Notes: generated by a model not told the origin, from the sequence alone. Numbered from the stretch's first letter, positions 1-7,751 are shown. The stretch: DNA of 32,000 bases from Psychrobacter cryohalolentis K5 (GCF_000013905.1 NC_007969.1:2190001-2222000), one strand, 5' to 3'. Numbers and translations: made by a program.

Positions 1-191
1 ATTGGTGCAATACCAACATAAGCAACCATCTTGATGGCCAATGCAGTTCCCATAACGACCCCAGCATTATTACCAGCCAAATCAAAAGCTAGTAGCCCAA
101 GCGCTACAGTAGCTAAACCTGTGCCAATCAGAGCAATCACTTGCGCGGCAAATAAATGGCGATAAGTTCGGTTTGCAAAGATACTGAGCAT
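1..191 (-). CDS. MFS-type transporter, first 63 codons only (gene runs off the window start)
   Basis: Not in the ORF track because it is edge-truncated. Reverse-strand translation from the ATG at 191-189 gives MLSIFANRTYRHLFAAQVIALIGTGLATVALGLLAFDLAGNNAGVVMGTALAIKMVAYVGIAP. This is a short N-terminus plus two hydrophobic helices, typical of MFS permeases. GGAGA lies 8 nt upstream. The gene starts 39 nt after the repressor stop on the same strand. Confidence 0.6.
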   Translation of the reverse strand, partial: MLSIFANRTYRHLFAAQVIALIGTGLATVALGLLAFDLAGNNAGVVMGTALAIKMVAYVGIAP

Positions 192-230
192 CCAATGTCT
201 CCAATGCTTCTTTAGATCAGTCGATTGATC

Positions 231-509
231 TTATAGGTAACGGGTTATCTCCTTAAACTCCTCGATAGAATTCTGCTGATCTTTATCAACAGACCCTAAC
301 AAATCTTCAAGGCAATGATCTAAATGGTCTTGGATTAAAATTTTCTTGGCTTGGTGAATTGCGTTCTCTACCGCTTGCAACTGTTGGGCTACATCAAGGC
401 AGGTTCGACCCTCAACCAACATCTCTATCGTACTGCTTAGATGACCATTCGCTTTTTTAAGGCGTGTGATAACGGCTGGATGAGAAGCGTGTATGTGCGG
501 TTTTTTCAT
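231..509 (-). CDS. CsoR/RcnR-family metal-sensing transcriptional repressor (DUF156), ligand pattern H5-C37-H62-C66
   Basis: 92 aa, all-helical. The family core is ...GHLSSTIEMLVEGRTCLDVAQQLQAVENAIHQAKKILIQDHLDHC.... The Cys-25-His-4-Cys spacing equals the CsoR/InrS ligand spacing. The N-terminus is His-rich (HIHASH). GAGGAAGGA RBS upstream. Confidence 0.85.
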   Translation of the reverse strand: MKKPHIHASHPAVITRLKKANGHLSSTIEMLVEGRTCLDVAQQLQAVENAIHQAKKILIQDHLDHCLEDLLGSVDKDQQNSIEEFKEITRYL

Positions 510-570
510 AATGACAGTATCCTTCCTCTAGAGAGCGCAATTATACCCTATAAGACTTGAGTTTTTACGG

Positions 571-600
571 TTGACATTATCCCCCCCTAGGGGATAGTAT
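571..600 (+). promoter_or_regulatory. Sigma70-like promoter facing the HupE-like operon
   Basis: TTGACA (571-576), 18-nt spacer, TAGTAT (595-600). The palindromic operator fills the spacer, so repressor binding would occlude RNA polymerase. Confidence 0.45.
578..596. promoter_or_regulatory. Putative CsoR/RcnR-type operator: TATCCCC-CCCTA-GGGGATA palindrome
   Basis: Perfect 7-bp arms (TATCCCC / GGGGATA) around a C-tract/G-tract core, the hallmark of CsoR/RcnR-family operators. It lies in the divergent intergenic region. A related half site, ATACCCTA, at 543-550 overlaps a minus-strand TATAAT (545-540). Confidence 0.6.
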
Positions 601-771
601 CTTACTCCTTAATCGCTTAGTTTGCATTCGAAAAATTCACGATTTTACTTACTAGTCCATAAAAAAATGCTTAGTAACACAAATCATACTTACTCCATTG
701 GTTAGGATTAACTGTTCTTATCGCATTGCATCACGCAACACATTCATTATTTTCAGACCACAGGATTCTTA

Positions 772-1512
772 ATGTATAGCCATGTTTTAAATAGGCTTTC
801 AAGCTCGCTATGGGCGACTTGGCAGACCCGTCTGTTAGTGTTCTCAGTACTTCTTATTTGTATTCTTACTGGCAGCAATGAAGCGCTTGCTCATGCTGTA
901 ACCGCAGGGGATAAAGGATATATTCAGGAGATTTCAGGAGTCAATATTTTACCCTTTATGTACTTGGGCGCTAAGCATATGATAACGGGGTATGACCACA
1001 TACTGTTTCTCTTCGGGGTCATCTTTTTTCTCTACCGTATGAAGCACATTGGTATCTATGTGAGCCTATTTGCACTAGGTCATTCCACAACGATGATTTT
1101 AGGCGTGTACTTCAACATCGGTATGAACAGTTATCTGATTGATGCCATTATTGGTCTCTCTGTTGTTTACAAAGCTTTAGATAACATTGGCGCGTATCAA
1201 ACATGGTTCGGGTATCAACCAAACACCAAAATAGCAGTGCTTATATTTGGCCTTTTCCATGGCTTTGGGTTATCAACTAAAATTCTTGAATATGAGATGT
1301 CACCTGACGGTCTACTTCCTAACCTGCTCGCATTTAACATGGGTGTGGAAATTGGGCAACTACTGGCTCTAGCGATCATATTGATTGGTATGAGCTACTG
1401 GCGACGCACGTCAAGTTTCATCCGTAACGCCTATACCGCCAACGTTGCCATGATGAGCGCAGGATTTATTTTAGTGGGCATGCAGCTCACTGGCTATTTA
1501 ATGTCTCAATAA
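772..1512 (+). CDS. HupE/UreJ-family metal (Ni/Co-type) permease
   Basis: 246 aa polytopic membrane protein. A signal peptide ending ALA-HAV would expose an N-terminal His, as in HupE. Signature ITGYDHILFLFGVIFF and a second FHGFG motif. AGGA RBS. Confidence 0.8.
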   Translation: MYSHVLNRLSSSLWATWQTRLLVFSVLLICILTGSNEALAHAVTAGDKGYIQEISGVNILPFMYLGAKHMITGYDHILFLFGVIFFLYRMKHIGIYVSLFALGHSTTMILGVYFNIGMNSYLIDAIIGLSVVYKALDNIGAYQTWFGYQPNTKIAVLIFGLFHGFGLSTKILEYEMSPDGLLPNLLAFNMGVEIGQLLALAIILIGMSYWRRTSSFIRNAYTANVAMMSAGFILVGMQLTGYLMSQ

Positions 1513-1528
1513 TCTAAGGATTTCTAAT

Positions 1529-2167
1529 ATGTATAACAGCGATACCCCCTTGCAAGCTGAACTTCCCTCTTCAAAGCAGCTTATGAAATCTACTGTTCTG
1601 GCTGTAATTGCAGCAATCGTTCTTTTATTTACGGTGGTTCTCCCAGCTGAATATGGTATTGACCCAACTGGGGTTGGTAAACTGCTTCGTTTGACAGAAA
1701 TGGGACAGGTTAAGCAGCAATTAGCAGAAGAAGCCGCCGCCGATGCTGCTGGTTTATTAGCAACTGATACACTGGCGTCTGAAACACCAGATATTGATAA
1801 TGTGACCGAACAAGCAGTAGATGCCACACTTTCTGATACTGCTGTCGCTAACGGACAGTGGCGTGATGAAATTCCCTTTACTTTGACACCAGGGGAAGGG
1901 TTAGAGATTAAGATGAAAATGGCTGCAGGTGGCAAGACTGAATACTCTTGGGTCGTGACAGGCGGTGATGTTAACTTCGACACCCATGGTGACGCATCAG
2001 GCCAAGCGATTAGCTATGAAAAAGGTCGCGGAATTGCCGCTGATGAAGGCGTTCTAGAAGCCGCATTTACAGGTAATCATGGTTGGTTCTGGCGCAACCG
2101 AGGACAATCAGATGTTCAAGTTGTCTTGCGTACCCGTGGCGATTACAGCACTATTAAAACGATGTAA
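1529..2167 (+). CDS. Single-pass membrane-anchored protein with a periplasmic beta-rich C-terminal domain (function unknown)
   Basis: 212 aa. One TM helix (STVLAVIAAIVLLFTVVLPA), an acidic Ala-rich linker, then a domain carrying His motifs (FDTHGD, GNHGWFWRN). It starts 16 nt after the HupE-like stop with an AAGGA RBS, so it is probably co-transcribed. Confidence 0.7.
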   Translation: MYNSDTPLQAELPSSKQLMKSTVLAVIAAIVLLFTVVLPAEYGIDPTGVGKLLRLTEMGQVKQQLAEEAAADAAGLLATDTLASETPDIDNVTEQAVDATLSDTAVANGQWRDEIPFTLTPGEGLEIKMKMAAGGKTEYSWVVTGGDVNFDTHGDASGQAISYEKGRGIAADEGVLEAAFTGNHGWFWRNRGQSDVQVVLRTRGDYSTIKTM

Positions 2168-2256
2168 AAAAGTAGGGAGTGGTTCGTGCCGTTATTACCT
2201 GATTAGAGCCAGAGCTGTCTCACTAAGCTTAGAGTAACAAGCTAGACAAACTCAAT

Positions 2257-2290
2257 CCTCGCATTAGACCACAAGCGGTCTAACGCGAGG
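2257..2290 (+). terminator. Hairpin downstream of the HupE-like operon
   Basis: CCTCGCATTAGACC / GGTCTAACGCGAGG, 13 of 14 positions pair, 6-nt loop, followed by ACTTATTT. The U-tract is weak. Confidence 0.45.
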
Positions 2291-2390
2291 ACTTATTTAG
2301 GATTGGATAGCAGTGCATACATGCTAGTTCTAGGAGTTATTGAAAAGGTGGTCTATGAGAGAGGCACAAAAAGATGTAGTCACAGCCGTA

Positions 2391-2780
2391 TCAAAACTTA
2401 GTGGCTCTGCCTAACCACGCTACCAACTCACGGGCAGGCGCCTCAACCAAACATTGCGGACAATTAAGATAGGTCATCACGCAGTCATTTAAATCAGTTA
2501 GCATATGTAGTAATAATCCCAAACCAATTATTTTATAGGGTTTTGGTAGAAATAGCATAGCCGCATATGCTGCCATTGCGTAGTAAGTATGCAGCGGATG
2601 AAAGTTAATACTACAGCGATTGGGCGAAAAAATAGGAGTGGCCAGCAAATGATCTAAATCTACTAGCATAGTGGCTAAAAGAATCAAATATACTCGTTTA
2701 TAGTCGTCACGAAAAAATATATAGGCGATGACCAATGGCATACCAAAGTGTAGAAAATAATGGATAACGGTTTGAATCAT
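2391..2780 (-). CDS. Small polytopic membrane protein, DUF6122/YdjM-like metal-dependent-hydrolase fold (tentative)
   Basis: 129 aa, four hydrophobic segments, conserved-looking His/Asp positions (HYFLHFG, DLDHLL, HPLH, LHMLTD). The family assignment is from memory only. Confidence 0.6.
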   Translation of the reverse strand: MIQTVIHYFLHFGMPLVIAYIFFRDDYKRVYLILLATMLVDLDHLLATPIFSPNRCSINFHPLHTYYAMAAYAAMLFLPKPYKIIGLGLLLHMLTDLNDCVMTYLNCPQCLVEAPARELVAWLGRATKF

Positions 2781-3060
2781 CGTTTTTTCCGATTTAAGAT
2801 GGTTTGTAGTGATACATCAATCTCAGATAAAACATAAGATATTTTCGTCTTTAGAATGCATGTGAAATATATGCATCATACACTCACTCTCTTATTATTG
2901 TACCTGTCCAAAAAATTAATAGTTAATATAGGGCATACCCCAGCGGAACCAGCTATTTCACCCTTCATACCTATTAATAGACCACTTAAAATAGACTGCT
3001 ATCACAATGCTGAACTAGCTCGTCTATTGCGTTACGCATCATAGAACCACATGTTCTTTA

Positions 3061-4017
3061 TTACAAAGCCACCTCGTAACTCATACTACGCCCCGAAGCC
3101 TCGGATTTTTTCAGCATCCCCTTCTCTATCAGATCATTAATATCACGCAGTGCTGTATCTATAGAACACTTGGTCATCACTGACCATTTTTTAGTGGCCA
3201 GTTTGCCATAAAAGTCTGTGAGTAAATTATTTTGAGCAGCAATGAGTGCTTGTTCTAGTGTTTGTAGAAACCAGCACAGCCAATCAGTGATATCAGTATC
3301 GTCTTTTTGTGTTCGTTCCAATATTTTATAGTAGTCATTGCGCTGTTTAAGAATCTGCGCTGACATACTATAAAATCGTTGGGCGCTATCATCGCTTTGT
3401 GCCAGTGCTCTCTCAGTAATGGCACGGGTCAATCGCCCATTGCCATCATCAAAGGGATGGATCGTCACAAACCATAAATGAGCGATACCTGCTTTAATCA
3501 CCAGATCTATGTTCTCTTGCTCATTTGGTAAGGTGTTAAACCAGGATAAATTGTCTAGCTCATCTGATAGCCTATCGGCACTAGACGCAACGAAATGAGT
3601 CTGCTCGTGACCATAACCACCAGAAACTACCTGCATAGGTCCTTGACTGTCATCACGCATACTGCCCGCTTTGATACGATAAAGTCCACTATATCCATCT
3701 GGGAATAACGCCCTATGCCATCCTAATAAATCGTCCAACAATAATGGTTGTTGATAATGATAGGTCGCATTTAGCATCATTTCCACAACTGCATCTATCT
3801 CACGAGTAGCAGTTAGCATACCCTTATTATCTATTCCTAAGTGGCGTGCGACAGAAGACCTTACTTGCTCATTATTTAATGACTCACCCTCAATCTCTGA
3901 CGTTTTAACGATTTCTAAAGTCACGGCATCTAACTGTGCCTTAACATTAAGTTCAAACCCTAGCGTTAGCAACTTTCCAAGCAAACGGCCTTGTAATATC
4001 CGCACACGACTGACCAA
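3061..4017 (-). CDS. Fic-family protein (AMPylase-type), class II with an N-terminal inhibitory helix; the true start is probably upstream of 4017
   Basis: Fic motif HPFDDGNGRLTRAI. Inhibitory motif (S/T)xxxE(G/N) present as TSEIEG. C-terminal winged-helix-like tail. The track start is a TTG, and the frame stays open upstream to 4095 with a DUF4172-like sequence (HEHSDWNEWQWSDKKLLPL). Confidence 0.9.
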   Translation of the reverse strand: MVSRVRILQGRLLGKLLTLGFELNVKAQLDAVTLEIVKTSEIEGESLNNEQVRSSVARHLGIDNKGMLTATREIDAVVEMMLNATYHYQQPLLLDDLLGWHRALFPDGYSGLYRIKAGSMRDDSQGPMQVVSGGYGHEQTHFVASSADRLSDELDNLSWFNTLPNEQENIDLVIKAGIAHLWFVTIHPFDDGNGRLTRAITERALAQSDDSAQRFYSMSAQILKQRNDYYKILERTQKDDTDITDWLCWFLQTLEQALIAAQNNLLTDFYGKLATKKWSVMTKCSIDTALRDINDLIEKGMLKKSEASGRSMSYEVAL

Positions 4018-4365
4018 TGGCAGCAGTTTTTTATCTGACCATTGCCACTCATTCCAGTCTGAATGTTCGTGAATATAGCTAATATACGCTATATTTTTTT
4101 AATGATACGCAGAGAAAATAAGGGGGATACAACGCATAAAAAACGTTTGTTATAAGAAAGTAGCTTAAATAATAATGTGGAATAAGCGTTCTTTTATGAT
4201 AAAGGCATTATTTTTGGCTTAATCGACACTACAGTCGACGTAAAAAGACTATAAAATTATAGTGCCCAAATACGTGTTAAACTTTATCTTATACTCGTTG
4301 ACCTTGGTTTTTTTAATTATAGAATAGCTATAAGCTAATAAAATCAATACATATAAGATAACGTT

Positions 4366-4512
4366 ATATAGCTAATCCACTTTTAAAAGGGTACAGAACT
4401 ACTGGGGTTAATTATTCGCAGCCTCTGTCTGCGTAGGCACAGCAAGCAAGAAAAATTGACTCCAGTAGTACCTTATAACATTTGTATTTCTTTTATTTAG
4501 GACCGACTATAT
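4366..4512 (+). mobile_element. MITE-like palindromic element, copy A (147 bp)
   Basis: Terminal inverted repeats ATATAGCTAATCC / GGACCGACTATAT. Internal 14-bp stem at 4399-4412 / 4455-4468. 112 of 147 positions are identical to copy B in a gap-free hand alignment. Confidence 0.7.
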
Positions 4513-4609
4513 TATAATACTTGGTCGACCTACTTTGACATGGTAGAAGTTTGTTGGTGGTGTGTGTTCAGCAGTTCGAGTTTGCTTATGCCTACCAAAT
4601 ATTTATAAA

Positions 4610-4640
4610 GCCCCAGTCTAACGACTGGGGCCTTTTTTTT
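4610..4640 (+). terminator. Strong rho-independent terminator with no annotated gene upstream
   Basis: GCCCCAGTC-TAAC-GACTGGGGC (9-bp GC-rich stem, tetraloop), then C plus T8. Confidence 0.8.
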
Positions 4641-5016
4641 GTCCGTAAAATATGGGCTGTAGCGGAAATATAAAGCTAGGCTTGATCAAAACTTGCCCAA
4701 TCATAGCTATAGCCAAACTACATCAAAAAATCTATGTGCCCAAATTGGGCCTAAGTTGTGCCTTCTATCAATTTTACCTATCTTTCGAAATAGCATTTTT
4801 GACCTCTACTCTAATGGTGTCAATGTTTTTATTCTCTGAAATAGCTACGGTGTATTTCATGATATACATGCCATACATATTCTATTTGTGATCGGTGCGC
4901 TGTGTACGTATCAATCAAACTTTAGCATCAATAAAATCTAGCATAAAAAAGACAGTTTATACAAGGTTCATTAAGGTATATATTAATATCAATGACTCGA
5001 ATTCGGGAATTAAGCC

Positions 5017-5883
5017 ATGTTAACTTTTCATTCAAAATCATCATTGCCTATATTCAAAACGGCAATGGCTTCTACTTTATTAATCGCTGCTGTACAACTG
5101 ATGACAGGCTGTGACTTACAGCCTTCATCTACAAATAACGATGACACTACACAAACGAATAATATAGACAAAGACATGACCAAGAATGATGAGATGCCTG
5201 TCAATCCAGCACCTACAGATTCTGGCGCTATGGATAAAATACAAACTAACAACGCAGCAGATATAGCTGATGAGCAAATCGTCAGCCCGTCAGGGTATCA
5301 AAATTTAAGCTTCGGTCAGGCTATTACCCCTGAGTTGCTAAGTAGCCTAGGAATAACCAAAGCCAAGAGCGATAACGAACAATGCTATTACGTCAGTAAT
5401 CCAGCACTGAGTTATGTCGATAAAGAGTACGGTGAACGCGCTTCTGTTTTATATCAAATCATAGATGGTAAAGTTGCTCTGATCAGTATTCGGGATCCAA
5501 TCATCCCGTTTTATAAAGACATCAATATTGGCAATTCCGCTACAGACGTTATGAAAGCACATAATGACGAGCTCACTTACGAGGTCGATAAATATGCGGT
5601 TGATGGTGATTACTATAGCCTGATTGCTAACATCAATTTCAAAATGATAAAAGAAAGCCCACTTGGAGAATCATTAAGAGACGAAAATATTGAGCTTAAT
5701 AATAAAGAGGATAAGTTACCCCTACAAATTGAATATCATATCAAGGGCGGTCAAAAGCTGAGTGATTCTACGATTAAGGCGACTGAGTGGACAGCAGACA
5801 ATAAAAGCCTATTAAAAGGTGAGGTAGGAAGCATCGATATTGGTATACCAGAAGCGATTTATTTGGTGGAAGGCTGCTCTTAA
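5017..5883 (+). CDS. Lipoprotein of unknown function
   Basis: 288 aa. Signal peptide with lipobox LMTG-C. Low-complexity Thr/Asn/Asp linker, then a globular domain. Confidence 0.7.
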   Translation: MLTFHSKSSLPIFKTAMASTLLIAAVQLMTGCDLQPSSTNNDDTTQTNNIDKDMTKNDEMPVNPAPTDSGAMDKIQTNNAADIADEQIVSPSGYQNLSFGQAITPELLSSLGITKAKSDNEQCYYVSNPALSYVDKEYGERASVLYQIIDGKVALISIRDPIIPFYKDINIGNSATDVMKAHNDELTYEVDKYAVDGDYYSLIANINFKMIKESPLGESLRDENIELNNKEDKLPLQIEYHIKGGQKLSDSTIKATEWTADNKSLLKGEVGSIDIGIPEAIYLVEGCS

Positions 5884-5894
5884 AAGTTGAACAT

Positions 5895-5921
5895 AATAAC
5901 CCAGCATCTAGCTGGGTTATT
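5895..5921. terminator. Bidirectional hairpin between convergent genes
   Basis: AATAACCCAGC-ATCTA-GCTGGGTTATT, 11-bp perfect stem, lying between the lipoprotein gene and ampC. Confidence 0.6.
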
Positions 5922-5966
5922 AGTGAAAGGCCATTTTTATAAGGTTGCTTTGTGACTCATGCTCAA

Positions 5967-7157
5967 TCAATGAGTTATCGCACTCTCTAAAATCGTATAC
6001 GCTGCTTTGACCCTATCTGCATTTGGATAGTTTTTATTTGCCAGAATGACAATGCCTGATTTTTCGGCAGGAATATAAGCGATATAGCCACCAAACCCAT
6101 TAGTAGCACCTGTCTTATTTACCCAGACGTTATTTAAAACAGCCGTTGGATGATTGTCTGTTTTGATGGCTTGAGGCTTTAGTACCACGTCCATCGAGTT
6201 GCCTTCAAGCAAGGTATCTAGCTGAGTAGGATAAGGGTACATCTCCCATCCTAACCCTTGGGTAAAAGTGCTCGCCTGATAGTAACCCTTTCTATTATTG
6301 TCTAACGCTTGCTGAATATTTTTATCTAGCGGCACAAGACCCATATTCGCTGCCATAAAATGCGTCATATCTGTGATGGTGGATTTAATGCCATAGGTTT
6401 CAGCGTCTAACATGCCAGGATTGACTCGGATAGCATCGCCAGCAGCGTTGTAACCAAACGCATAATCTGCCATCTTGTCACTAGGCACATTGATAAAAGT
6501 ATTGGGCATATTGAGTGATGGCAGTATTTTTTCTTCCATCAATTGTGTGTAATCAGTGTCCATGCTCAATGCCGATATATAACCAAACAGACCGATACTG
6601 GCGTTGGAATACAGACGCTTTGAGTTGACAGGAAAGACTGGCTGCCAAGATTTATAATAACGTAGCAACTCTTTATTGTTTTTGACGTCATCAGGGACTT
6701 GTAGCGGTAGACCACCAGCTGAATAGGTGGCTAGGTTTATAAGCTTGGTGTTACCAATGGCGCTGTTTTTTAGGTAGGGAATATATTTATCAGCAGTATC
6801 TTCTAATGTAAGTGTGCCATTTAATTCTGAATAACTGGCTAAGGTAGCCGCAAACGTCTTACTGATTGAGCCTAGCTCAAAAATAGTGTTTTCTGAGACA
6901 GGTATTTTGGCTTTCTTATCAGCCAAACCATAATGATAAAAATGTGATTTGCCATCGATGATGACGCCAAAAGCCATTCCTGAAATATTATGCTCATTCA
7001 TTAGTAATTTGGCTTGTTGATCAACAGCGCTCTTTAGATGGTCATTGTTATCCGCTGCTTGTACGGTTCCAGATAGTAATGATGCTGTCACTAAAGCGGT
7101 AAATCCCACTTGATTTAAAAAGGTTTGAAAGGGTTGTTTCATTATAGGGTTTCTCAT
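5967..7157 (-). CDS. ampC: Class C (AmpC-type) beta-lactamase
   Basis: 396 aa with a signal peptide. Catalytic motifs SISK (SxxK), YSN (YxN) and KTG are in the canonical order and spacing. The start could be M1 or M6. Confidence 0.9.
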   Translation of the reverse strand: MRNPIMKQPFQTFLNQVGFTALVTASLLSGTVQAADNNDHLKSAVDQQAKLLMNEHNISGMAFGVIIDGKSHFYHYGLADKKAKIPVSENTIFELGSISKTFAATLASYSELNGTLTLEDTADKYIPYLKNSAIGNTKLINLATYSAGGLPLQVPDDVKNNKELLRYYKSWQPVFPVNSKRLYSNASIGLFGYISALSMDTDYTQLMEEKILPSLNMPNTFINVPSDKMADYAFGYNAAGDAIRVNPGMLDAETYGIKSTITDMTHFMAANMGLVPLDKNIQQALDNNRKGYYQASTFTQGLGWEMYPYPTQLDTLLEGNSMDVVLKPQAIKTDNHPTAVLNNVWVNKTGATNGFGGYIAYIPAEKSGIVILANKNYPNADRVKAAYTILESAITH

Positions 7158-7323
7158 TTATTCTGATAGATGTACTGATAATTTAGTGAGCATGCAAATA
7201 GCGCTTTGCTTTCAGTTCGGGTATGCCGTTTTGCATTATCTCAGAATGCTGAATCTCCGACAATCTTAGCGATTTAGTATCATAGAATGGATCTTTTAGG
7301 GTATACCTCAAAGGGATCATTGA

Positions 7324-7353
7324 AAGCTGGCTTCTTCTATGTAAAGCCAGCTT
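7324..7353 (-). terminator. Hairpin downstream of tatA
   Basis: AAGCTGGCT / AGCCAGCTT, 9-bp stem with a 12-nt loop. The U-tract on the minus strand is poor. Confidence 0.4.
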
Positions 7354-7387
7354 CCATAATATTTCTCATTGGAACAAGAGGCGCGCT

Positions 7388-7672
7388 TCATACTTTGTGT
7401 TGATCATCAGCGGTAATAGGGCTGATTTGCATGTCATCAACCTGAGTACCTACCTGCGTATTTAAATCATTACTTGCAGCGGGCGTACTATTTTCATGGC
7501 TAAGCATACGATTCTTGCGAGCATGCTCGGCTTCTTCATCTTTGACCGCTTCTTTAAAACCCTTTACCGCACCGCCTAAATCCTTGCCAGCATTTTTAAG
7601 CTTAGCAGTGCCAAATACGACCACTACTACAACTAATAAAATCAGCCAATGTGTAATAGAAAAACTGCCCAT
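7388..7672 (-). CDS. tatA: Twin-arginine translocase subunit TatA/TatE, stand-alone
   Basis: Start re-set to the internal Met with an [56 protein letters not shown] matches the TatA TM helix, FG hinge and amphipathic helix. No tatB or tatC follows. Confidence 0.85.
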   Translation of the reverse strand: MGSFSITHWLILLVVVVVVFGTAKLKNAGKDLGGAVKGFKEAVKDEEAEHARKNRMLSHENSTPAASNDLNTQVGTQVDDMQISPITADDQHKV

Positions 7673-7751
7673 AACGGTATCCTTATATCTTAGGCCTTGA
7701 TAAGACCAGTATGTGTATGTGTGCTTTAAAACCCTCTTCACCGTACCAAAA

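Noticed and set aside
1498-1983. 161-aa minus-strand ORF
   Set aside because: It is antisense to the membrane-anchored protein gene, which is translationally linked to the HupE-like gene. The product is Ser/Ala-rich, low-complexity, with no RBS.
2856-3044. 62-aa plus-strand ORF between the DUF6122-like and Fic genes
   Set aside because: No RBS and unremarkable composition. It lies between two minus-strand genes, in the region downstream of the Fic stop and upstream of the DUF6122-like start, and has no motif.
4247-4264. GACTATAAAATTATAGTG, resembling a MITE right tip abutting a left tip (an excision or deletion footprint); also TATAGTCGGG at 24374
   Set aside because: Only 7-8 nt match each terminus, in very AT-rich DNA where TATAG strings are frequent. 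There is no internal MITE sequence.
4553-4600. tRNA-like 3' fragment (AGCAG-TTCGAGT-TTGCT T-arm-like hairpin followed by ...CCTACCA), which could have been an att-site remnant
   Set aside because: The stem is AU-rich with a G-T pair. No matching acceptor 5' strand, D-arm or anticodon arm exists upstream, and the ACCA may be coincidental. A second T-loop-like string, GGTTCAATTCC at 31249-31259, also lacks a pairing stem.
4652-4891. 79-aa plus-strand ORF downstream of the orphan terminator
   Set aside because: It starts 12 nt after a strong terminator with no SD. The sequence is Phe/Ile/Leu/Tyr-rich, as expected from translating T-rich intergenic DNA, and no motif is present.
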